Shown here: piece after piece, positions 53,542-64,000 of the stretch
Position numbering within the stretch: the first letter of the stretch is position 1
How the letters are laid out: each line of letters opens with the position of its first letter
NCBI GenBank assembly: GCA_028534125.1
Contig: CM052816.1
Span: 38,132,001 to 38,196,000, forward strand
Reading direction: 5' to 3'
Source of the DNA: Lama glama
Lineage: Eukaryota
Length of the DNA: 64,000 nucleotides
Notes under the pieces: generated by a model
What the model saw: only the letters and a program-made list of their open reading frames with translations
Told to the model about the DNA's origin: nothing
Database searches by the model: none
Program-made: the position numbers and the translations under genes

Positions 53542-54439
53542 TCTATTAGAAAGTTCCCAGTTGAACCTTTCTTCTTTTTTTTTTCTCCCGTGTACTCCCC
53601 TCCAGCTGGTAGCTCAGAGCTGTTGAGGGCCAGGGATCTAGCTAAACCTCTTTTTAAAAAACTGCTGTCTTTTACAGAATATCTTTATTTGAAAATATCT
53701 GCTATTTGAAAAAAAACCTGCCAATATCTTGAGTATATGTGAGTATATACACACACATGAGTATGTATGAATGTATATGAAGGTATGTGTATATATGTTT
53801 ATATAAACCCCTATCTGTTCATATGTGTGTATGTGATGTTGTAACATCTTTCAGTATTGTATACCAGATGAAGGGCACTTGGGAAAAAAATTAGTCTGGT
53901 ATAATCAAAGCACTACCAAAATGATGTCTGCAGTGTTACTGAATATTAATAAGATAAAATAGTCAACAATATCACATAATTCACTTTGTCACTATTTCAG
54001 GATGATATACTTAATTTTTTTATATGTGCTTTTTATCTTAACTTTTCTATTAAAGCCAGGAGGTAAAGTTTTTTTTACAGAATCCTGAGATTATTAATCC
54101 TGAAATCATTAAGCTATGTCTTTTACTGCAAAGCGTTATACAGCACAAACATCACCAGAAACTAACGTACATTGAGTGGTTGAAAAAATAAATGTTTAGC
54201 ATTGATCAAAATGTATTATAATACCAATGAAAGCTTCTTGACCACGTGCTAAAATGACTTCTCTATGTGTTTTTGATGAATGAGTCTCATTTTCAGTATC
54301 AGTGCAACATTAATGATTTCCATTATCAACTCACTTCATCCTAATTCTTTTATTCTTTTTTTTTTCTCATGACACAACTAATCCTTAGCTTCTTTCTTCT
54401 CTACTTGGGACTTCCATTGTTTACAAATTTCATGCATAT

Positions 54440-54870
54440 TTATGTTTGTGCGCATGTGTAACATGGTCGTCAAGCAATGTTCTCCAGCATACGGAGCTAA
54501 TCAGACAGACGTAGTGGGGTGATGAAACCTGGGAGGGGCTGGAGATGGTGAGTCACTAAGGGAAGATCAATTTGGCTTGAAAGAAGCAGGAGGGGAGTCA
54601 AAAGATGGAGAATGAAAGTGCTAAAAAATAAAAAAAAAGGGAGCCAAGGTCCCCTGAAAACTGAGACCCAAAAAGCTGTACTGAACAGTGGGTGTGGGAG
54701 CTTTCCCCCACGACTCTGCACCCCACAAAGAGCAGACCCCAGGGCTGTGTTTATTGTATAACCGACGTGAACCCGGCCAGCTGGCTATGCACATCTCAAT
54801 GTATACAATCGAAACCACAATAAATACTATTTCACACCCCTCCCGCCCGCAAAAGGGGAAAACGACGTCT
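54440..54870. promoter_or_regulatory. candidate promoter region upstream of the predicted gene
   Basis: Local GC/CpG rise; NRF1-like TGCGCATGTG 54449-54458, AP-1 TGAGTCA ~54549, GC box CCCGCCC 54842-54848, CRE-like GACGTC 54864-54869. Confidence 0.4.
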
Positions 54871-54871
54871 C

Positions 54872-55202
54872 CTATTTTCTGGCTTGAAATTCCCTCATTA
54901 AATCAAAAAATACCTTGTTGACATTAGCTGGCATTTTAGCAGATGTTTCCACATCGTTAACATTCCAGTGACTGGCTCTGGTTTTCGCCTCCTTTACATA
55001 AACCTTCGTTTTATCTCCTAAATCTGATTTGTAACCAACCAGCAAAAATGAAACATTCTCATCTTCTTTCACTCTGAACATCTGCTCCCTGAGACCAGCT
55101 GTGGCTGCAAAAGATTCAATTTCTGTAATAGAGAAAACACAGAGGAAACCCTCCCTCTGTGGAAGAAGTTGTCTCTAATTGCAGAGTAGTCCTCCTGCCC
55201 AG
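54872..55202 (-). pseudogene. RALA: RALA processed pseudogene fragment (about codons 60-179)
   Basis: '[13 protein letters not shown]' and '[23 protein letters not shown]...[31 protein letters not shown]' match RalA (GQEDYAAIRDNYF...[23 protein letters not shown]...[31 protein letters not shown]). Intronless, frameshifted, no P-loop, no CAAX end. Confidence 0.93.
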
Positions 55203-55399
55203 GTGAGTCAGGTTTAAATACTGTCCTATCAATGCAGTTCAAGAGTCTGACAATTTTGTTTAAGAAAAGCTCATTTTCTCGCAGTGGCATCACTGAAACC
55301 AGTTAATTATGGAGGTGGTTTGGGGTACAGTGGTAACAGCATCTGATGGGTAGGAGAAGTCATGGAATATGTCTTGTGAGAGAAGGGGACACCTCTATC

Positions 55400-55938
55400 A
55401 TTTCCCCTCAAATAATGGTCTTGACACACTAATGTAAACTCTTTACTTGACTCAGGTTCTTCACCTAAATCATCTTCTGCTGCAAAGATTAAGGACCAGG
55501 CCTAAACCAGTCTCAGAGGCCCTTGTAAATGCATCCTTTCCATTGTTGCTAGAGTTTTCTATTTCAAATGCAAAGTTTGACTACATCTTTTTGCTGCTTG
55601 CCGGCCACCTATCATCCAGAAAACAATGTCAGAGCATCTTAACAGGACATTCAAGGTCTTCAGTGACTGGCCCTTGTGATTCTCTCCAGCTTTCATCCTT
55701 TGCATTCCCTGTCTCATGCTTTTCATTACACTATGCCATTTCCACCTCTGTGCATTTGATCATGCTAATAGCCTGTCGTGAATACTTCCAAGTCAGTGTC
55801 CCTGATGAATACATAACCCCTCATCATCTGTGATGAAGACTGTCATTGCATGTCTTAGGAAAGGCTAGGGACCCAGGTCACTTTGGGTGTCCTTCCTTGA
55901 TATTGCCACAATACTTAATGAAGCTCTCCATTGATGCT

Positions 55939-55977
<39 letters not shown>

Positions 55978-56115
55978 ACGCACATCACTCTTCTTTACCT
56001 CATCCCAAACTCTTTGTTCCTGATTTGTCTTAGTTTGTAATCTAAGCACCCAGCATACTGCTGGCTCATACTATGCTGGCTCATAGTACGCACCCAAGAA
56101 AACATTAATGAATAA
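55400..56115 (+). mobile_element. L2 fragment(s)
   Basis: 'catcttaacaggacattcaaggtcttcagtgactggccc' ... 'tctaagcacccagcatactgctggctcata...cccaagaaaacattaatgaataag'. Confidence 0.55.
55940..55976. repeat. (TG)n microsatellite
   Basis: direct reading, about 18 units. Confidence 0.95.
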
Positions 56116-58529
56116 GTCATTAATTAGTATTAAATTGGTTCCTACAGAGCTAGCTATTGAAGCCATACGTGTGTAGATCAAGAATATACATGCTTGATCA
56201 CTGTATCACCCTTATTTTTAAAGCACATTACTCTTTTTGTTTTTTGAAAGGCAGTTTGCATGTAAGGAAGAATATACATTTCAATGCAACATAAATATTT
56301 TAGGAAGGGCTTACTATAAACGAGTACTTTCCCTAAGTTTTTTTTTATTATGGAAACAATAAAAAAAAGCAGCTTTTAACTTTTTGAGTTTGTGTTTCCA
56401 AAGTAATGGTGAAATTATATTGGGACAAACATCAACCTTAAGATAGATCATTTGGTGGCTGAAGTAAAATAATAATTTAAAGGGTCTTTCAGGGGAAAGT
56501 GGGGGGATTTTAAATAGTACAGATTAGTCTACTTTACTGATATAATTGATCAGATATTCACTTGGTTCCATAATTCACATTATATATATATATTCACTGT
56601 CTATGTCACTCTGCCAATTAAATTTCAGTATGTGATGACTACTGTAGAGGCACCTATATTAGGGGACAATTTCATGTGAATAAAAATATCTTGCACTCAG
56701 TAGTATGAGTGGACTCATTTAACTCCATTTTCAGATGTTTAGGGCCACTGAAGACTATCTTATGGAATTTAGGGGGTTGGTAATTATGGGAGAGAGAAAT
56801 CTGCTCCAAAATGGTGATTAGAGAAAATCTTTGTCTGTTAATTACAAACTTGCTCAATTTTTAGTCTCATTTGGAGACTACCTAGTATCAATGATGTTCT
56901 CCTTTGTTTATAGAAGTCATTGGCTTAAATGAAGTGCTTAGAATTTCTGTGACATGCCTTGAACTACTGATAACACACAAACATGTGCACACACACACAA
57001 AACACATTCTGTTACGGGGAAGGGGGGTGGTGTGCAGGCACACAAAAGCATCTCAACAAACCCTGGAAAAAAGATAAAACTTACTCTGTTTTCTCTCTGT
57101 CTGATGTCAGATGTAAAATGAATAGGTCTGTTCTGAGGTCAGAATGAGAAGAAAAAGATCAACGTGCCCTCTGGGAAATAAAGGTTATTTGAAATTTTTG
57201 GGATTATCTGCTAAAGGCATTGACCACGTTTCAGAGTAAAGGCTTGACAGGCAGGGTAAGACTTCATTTTCCCTGAAGTTAAATAGAAAGCCAGAAGCTA
57301 AGCCCACACCTCCCTCAGCTCAAGCAGTTGCTGAAATCAGTAGCCTTGATCGATGATGCATTTTCAAAATCAAAACAAGCATCAGTGTCTCTAATCTAAT
57401 CACATCTCCTAAAGCTGCTGCTTCCTGTGGGAATTTAATTGCTGCGACATTAGACTCCAGACAACAGGCACTTCTCAAGGCTACCCATCAGGGCAGGGAC
57501 AAAAATCAGTGGGAGAGTGTCAAAGCTGTTAGACACAAAACCTGTTAAAGAACCCCATGTGTGTAATTTTCCTCCCTCAATTTCAGCAGTAAAATTTAAT
57601 GGATCCTCTATAACAAGTTTAAAAATGCCCTAGTATTGTACTAACCACAAAAAAGATTAAAAATATTTTGTCTTGTAAAAACTCAGCCTTATTTTTTCCA
57701 TGCTCTGAAATGTGTTCTGATGCACAAAATATTAGGGCTTTCTGTTCTTTTATAGTGGTTTGTTTTAATTAGTATTTCTGTAGGAATACCTGGAAGTGAG
57801 AAGGTTGACCTTTTTAATTGAACTTTTCATAATTCAGTATTTCTGCATATTAGCCAAACAGAATAGTAAGAAAGAATTTTCATAACCAAAAAAAAAATCC
57901 TCAAAACTAACTGATTTCAGACCTCATGTGCATTAAATCCCCTTAATCACAACATTCCCATTTTTACTATTCTCTCAAAAACCCTTTTGCCAAGGGAATC
58001 ACTTCTTTCTTATGTTATCACAGGAGCTTGAAGCTGTGTGTTCGTTTCTGAGCTATCCTCTTTACATTACCCTCACAGAGAAAATGAACCAAAAAATAGG
58101 AAAACTAAGGCGAATTTAATGGTAAGAGCAAAGTAAACTTTGAAACTTTAAAATGGTAAAATGAAAGGGCCACAGTAAAATGTAATATGGAGGATTCTCA
58201 CAAGGTCTAAAATAATACTATGGGGTCTCAGTGAACGTGAAAGGATATTTCTCCACATTGTGCAAAGGACCTTAGTGCGCCTGGCAAAACTGGAAATAAG
58301 ATTTGCTGCATTTCTTCCCTATTGGGATAGAAGTCAAATGATTTTACTAATAAACTATCATGTAAACCAACTGAAAACTTTTACCTCTATCTAAACTGCC
58401 CCTTTTTAATAAGATTCATCCCATAAACAAGCATACTGTTATATTTAAAGTTTAATAACAGGATAACTGATCTGTTCATTTATGATTGATAAAGTAACAC
58501 TAACCTGTATTAATGTAGTACTCCATGTT

Positions 58530-58705
58530 TTAAAGATTTTTCATATGTATTACTCGACAATTCCCCAAATTTGTAAGGTATTGTAATCTCCAGTTTATTG
58601 ATAAGGAGATAAGAGTACGTGATTTGCTACAAATTCCTCAGCTAGCAAATGAGGATCTGGAACTTAAAATCAGCAGAGATTGCAAGTCCAATACTCTATC
58701 ACACA
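58530..58705 (-). mobile_element. MIR SINE
   Basis: 'tattgtaatctccagtttattgataaggag...gtgatttgctacaaattcctcagctagcaaatgagg'. Confidence 0.55.
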
Positions 58706-58764
58706 CAATATTTAATTTTTAAACGCTTCGTTCTGAGTAGTTGCTGATCTTTTGTCACTCATTG

Positions 58765-59210
58765 TCCCAACTATCTACTGCTGCAGAATAAACCATCCTG
58801 AAACTTGGAGAATTAAAACAATAGTCACCATTAATTACCTTTCATGATTCTGTGGACGGACCAAGCTGTTCTTTTCACTTAATGTGGTGTCATCTGGGGT
58901 ACAGTAATGGCTGAAGTTTCCAAAACGGCCTCATTTACAAGACTGTCAATCTAGACTAACTCACTGGGAGGTCAGCTGAGGCTGTGGCCTGGGGCCTTTG
59001 TTCTCCCCGATGTGGGCCTCCTATTATGGCTTCTTCTATGTCCTCCCAGCACGGCGACTAGGTCTAAGAAGAGTATTTCAGGTAGTGAAGACAAGTTACA
59101 GATCCCTTAAAGCCCAGTTTCAGAAGTTACAGATAATTATGCTGTATTCCACCGGTCAAAACATCATAGGCATGGCTAGGGTCACTTTGCTTGGAAGCAA
59201 AGTATTTCTT
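58765..59210 (-). mobile_element. MLT1 (MaLR) LTR
   Basis: 'ctatctactgctgcagaataaaccatcctgaaacttggagaattaaaacaa...catgattctgtgga...gatgtgggcctcc'. Confidence 0.75.
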
Positions 59211-59372
59211 GGGACACAGAACTTTCATTGCTAAAATCTGACCATACCTGAGCAAATCTGGAAGGCTGGTAAACCTAGACAGCCCAAATTCGGGTGGATA
59301 AAATATATTCCACCTTTGATATGGGAAAAAAAGGTCACATTACAAAAAAGCAGAGACAGTGGAAAATGTTGC

Positions 59373-59404
59373 CTTTGGAAATGCAATCTTTGGAAATGCA
59401 ATCT
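59373..59404 (+). repeat. perfect 15-bp tandem duplication
   Basis: ctttggaaatgcaat x2. Confidence 0.9.
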
Positions 59405-59892
59405 ACTATAATCATTGAGCTTTGGGGGAATTCCATTCCTATTAGTTACAATTGGGTTAGTAAATAAATCCATAAATCTAATCAGATTGAATTATATACT
59501 GGATTATTCACTGCTTTGTTGTATAAGTATCTTTAAAGTTGGAGATTTGCCAATAAGGATATACAGTCTCACTCCTTCTAACAAACTTCTGCCAAAAACC
59601 TGTAAGCGACAGAGGGACTTGAAAGTCCTGCTATTGATGGTTAATGCAGTTCAATGACTATTAGAGTTAAACAGACTTTGTGGATTAGACTAAGACTCTA
59701 ACCTACATGGATAACCTTTGCTTCTGTCTTTGTGTATTTTTTTTTCTAACACTTCAAACACCAATGTAACTTCCCTTCACATATGTTGCTTCTTTATTGG
59801 AAAATAACCATAAAAAGTATAACCTGGATTGGTTAGGAGTGATCATATAGCTTCATACAGTAGTGCTTTCAGCATAAAATCTTTCTGTGCCA

Positions 59893-60080
59893 ACACTGTC
59901 CTGTAGAACTTTCTAGTGTGATGGAAATGTTCTGCAGGATAGCCTCTAGCCAAATGTCACTATTGAGCACTTGAAATTCGGCTAATGTGACTTAGGAACT
60001 GAATTTTTAATTGTATCTGATTTTAATTAATTTAATTTAAAAAGTCAAATGTGGTTAAGGGTTACCATACTGGGTTGTAC
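59893..60080 (+). mobile_element. MER3-like hAT-Charlie DNA transposon
   Basis: 'tagaactttctagtgtgatggaaatgttct...ctattgagcacttgaaattcggctaatgtgacttaggaactgaatttttaattgtat...ttaccatactgg'. Confidence 0.85.
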
Positions 60081-61699
60081 AATTTTGACATCATGATTCT
60101 CTTTAGTCAAAAGTAAAAGGAGAAAATGGAACATATATAATATTGTTAAATCATATGTCAGGAAGATTTAAAGCTTGAAGATAATTTGTGTTTTAGATGT
60201 GATAGCATAAAGTCAGTGCTTGGACTGCTAATTCAATTTTTGCTTTATGATTAGGACAACAAGCAGTGCTTTGAAGACAGGTGAATATACATCTACAAGC
60301 ACACATACATAGATTGCTTCTTGACTAATTTTATCTGTAAGTATCATGCATTGGCCTCTCCCTGACTTCATTTCTTTTGGTCTAGGCCATATAAAATTTA
60401 GAAGGCTCAGGTGGTAAGCTGAAAATGATAATAAGGAATAATTTAGTATTGAAAACTCAGATTCCCAAGGACACTGACAGAAAAATCATTCCCTACTTCC
60501 CCAAAAGACTGCATTTGTACAGTTCATTCTGTTTTGACAATGCTAAGCAGGGTTTTATTCCACATCTTCTTTGTTTCAGAATCTTCATTCTCACAGTAAC
60601 TAAATCCTTGGAATTGATTTCTCTACAAAATAGTCAATTATCTACTGAGCAAGATAGACATTCACGTTCCTGAACTTTTGTTTATTTTGAGAAAAATTAA
60701 GTAAATCTCTATATATGTTCAACCACCTGAAGCTGCTGAAAGTAAACATATATCTCATAACTTCTGTCTTTCTAAAGGAGATCGGAATCGTTTATCTCAG
60801 CAAGGGATTTCTCTTGGAGAACACTGAAAGGATTGAGATGAAAATGGTATCTATTTAAACTGATACTACCTATCTGTCAAAAGCAAGATTGGTTAGGAGG
60901 TGAAAGAGCCCCCATTTAATTTTGTTATAGAACAGGGATCTTTGGTTCCCTAAAATATCAATGATACTTTAAAAATTTGTGGTCCACAAAATACCTTTGT
61001 TGGTTGATTTTTTTTTTGATCAGATAATATACTGAAAAATTTTATTATCTAAATAAAAGTAAGTCTATGGTTGATCAAGCCAAGAAAGCCCTATATTTTT
61101 TTTCTTTTTAACCCAGGATTAAGATAAAAGTGGAGATATTTATAATGATAGTGCATTTGTCTTAAGAGGACAATTTCTACGTTAAAATAGTCCTCCACTT
61201 AGGCGCCAACTGTTTGGCCTAAATGTCAAGTAAGTAGAAGAAGAGATGTTGGACATTTGTCATTTCTCACCCACTTAAAGTTTTGAATAGTGTTGGCCCT
61301 GTTGATGTTGAGTCCACTTCTCAATTTTGCTGTTTGGAAAGTAAACCTGATAGCAAGGCTTATTTTGCATCCTGGTTACTTCCAAGAAATTAAGTTTTAT
61401 GCACAGTACCAGTACAGTTCTCTGCAGGTGCCAACACAAGATCATACATTTACTCTTATTTAAAAAAAAAAAAAACTCACACACTAACCTAGAACAGCAG
61501 CAATGCTTTCTCCAAATTGTTCGTTCAAATACTCCTAAATGCTATTTTGGATTCAGGAAGACATTTAATTCATTTCTCCACTTCCCCCTGCCTCCACTTC
61601 CTTTGCTATCTAGTTTAGATTCATAAGCTATCTCTTCAACCACTATTGACAAGCAGCGTAAACTTCCTAGCCTCGGGGAGAGCAAAATCCTCAGAAATG

Positions 61700-62790
61700 A
61701 ATTCTCAACTAAAACAATTACTTCCCTACAAATCATATTCAAATCCCTAGGTAAATTCTACCCTTCTCATCTTGGAGATATGTTATCATTTTATGGAGAA
61801 GAAAACTGATGTCCCCTTCATGTGCCTTATTTCCACATGTTAACTAGAACCTCCACATGGATATCACACAGGCATCATGTGTAAAACTATTTTTCCCTAA
61901 ACTGTCACTTTTATCTTAATTCTCTAAGTAGCTATGACCACCCTTGATGCCACAATCTCCCATATTTATCACATCTAATCAATAACTAATGTCTATGTTT
62001 CTAAGCTAATTCATGAATATACCCACATTTCTCACAACAGCTCTGCTATCTTACTCATCTGGAGCACCATTTGATCTCAGCTAGATAATCTTTACAGGGT
62101 TTTGAATCATCTTTTCCAGTGGATTTGGCCCCGCCAAGGTATCTTCCACTGAGCAGCCAGAGTCATTTTTCTGAAATGCTATTTGATGATATAATTATGT
62201 GAATCTTCTGTTTAGATTATTTCAGTATGTTCTAATCATCTTACAAACCCTTGAGACTCTGGTCATCATTCTCACTTAGTAATAGTGAACATTTTCCCTC
62301 TACATTCACTCACATTTAATCCTTCGTATTTTCTCGTCTCTCTGTCACCTTGAACCAAAGACACTGTGCCAGACCTCTTTGTCTGCCAAACTCTTTTATT
62401 CATCTGTCATTTATTATTTTTTGGACTTCCTACATATGTCAGACATGTAGTATACTGGGGGCCGAGAGATGCTACGTGAATAAAATAAAAATCATTTACT
62501 AAATCATAATGGTCATACTTAGTGTATTTTAGTTCTCAGCTTAAAACTTCGAATGTCTTGTCAAGTAGGTGAGTTACAGTTTTGTTTTCTGATAACACTG
62601 TGTACTTTTTTCCATCATAGCACTTACTACACTTCATATATATAATTGTTTATTCCACCTCTTTCATAAGAATTAGAAACCAACTCTGAGAGGGTAGAAA
62701 TGAGAGCTGTATTGCTTATGACTGTATACACAGCATCTGGCACAATTTTCTAGCACATAGTTGACAATAGGAAATATTTTTTTAATATTA
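61700..62790 (+). mobile_element. L2 fragments
   Basis: 'cttccactgagcagccagagtcattttctgaaatgc' ... 'ctctgagagggtagaaa...tatacacagcatctggcacaattttctagcacatag'. Confidence 0.7.
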
Positions 62791-64000
62791 AAATGAAAAG
62801 ACATATGGGGATACAGTTGAATAAATCATGCCAAGATACAGCTACAAGTGATTGGCTCATGACATTATATCTGTCATTACTAACAGTCCTAGAAACATTG
62901 AAAATATATCAGAAAAACTTTATCAAAAACAGAATTTAATAAAATCTAAAGGAATGTATGTATGTGTGTGTGTATAACTGTTTAAAATCAGAATGTCAGC
63001 TTAAAAAATAAGCTTAAATGTTTCACATATTCATAGAATATAAAAATAGTATCAGCTTTAAAAACAAGTCATTCATATATTTAAATATACTGTGAAAACG
63101 AACAGAACAATCAAGCAGTTAACAGAAACAAATTTTGGAGATGAAATTCTATGAAAACATAAGGTGTTCATGTTTTGGTAAATGCAATTTTCACTGTGAA
63201 AATAGCACTAGAAAATAGACTTGGTTGAGAGGGAAGAAAAACTGTGTTCTAGAAAACCATTCAAAGAGGTTCTCCATGTATATATCTTTTGTTTTAAGTA
63301 AATTTACATTTTCACACTGTCTCTGATGTGTATCTGATTCTGCTGCATTATGGGTATGAGGTATGAGACCAGATTTAGTAGAATTATCTTTTTACCACAT
63401 AATCTCAATAAGTTAGGTATTATACATTCTGGAAATATTTCCAAGGGAGGGATCTGCTGACACATGGTCCCTTAAATTCACGCAGGAGTTCACTTAAATC
63501 CGAGAGACTACACTCTCACAAAACAAAGTGAAAAAGTACAGAGGAAACAGAGTAGGAAGAAAAAACATAGGATCCATTTCCGGATAATAACAGAGCATCA
63601 GAGCATCAAGGCAAAGCGCCATGTTTACCATACTGCATGTAGTGTTATGAGAAAACTCAATGGGAACTCACCTAGTCTACAGCTCATCTGTGGTTTTAAG
63701 CTGAGACCTGAAGTATGCTAGAGTATAAACAGTAACAGTATGATTTAATGAATAATATGAGTGATTCAATTATCCAACTTAAAGATTGGTAAAAATAAGT
63801 ACATTATGGATATTTTTGATTTAAGGAAATAACATATTGCTTTTGTACTTAAGAAAGATATTTTCCCACTCTAGATAATTTTACATTGTAAAAGTATTCT
63901 CATATAATTTTATTACTATTAATTTTTAAAATTTCCCCACTGTCTATTCACTACTTAAGAGTAATTTTGGGATAGTACCTTATTGAGGCATTTAGAGTGT

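Overview
AT-rich eutherian genomic DNA, most likely a camelid: the youngest L1 3' UTRs are of the cetartiodactyl type and I saw no Alu, B1, Bov-tA or PRE1 SINEs (species is an inference). Much of the window is interspersed repeat: L1, L2, MIR, MLT1/LTR16, solo ERV LTRs, MER3 and MER53. It also holds a degenerate TMEM230 processed pseudogene (+, ~41450-42990) and an internal, intronless RALA retro-fragment (-, ~54872-55202). The main result is a candidate six-exon coding gene on the minus strand (CDS 53541->47097, 621 nt, 206 aa) that I assembled by hand. All five splice phases are compatible, one intron is GC-AG, and AATAAA follows the stop; I do not recognise the protein. Other notable items: a ~410-bp multi-arm palindromic element in that gene's intron, a CpG-rich solo LTR, a 60-bp templated insertion inside a young L1, and an L1 fragment truncated at both ends that looks internally primed. 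I found no rRNA, tRNA or CRISPR features. Repeat family names and parent-protein comparisons come from memory, not a search.
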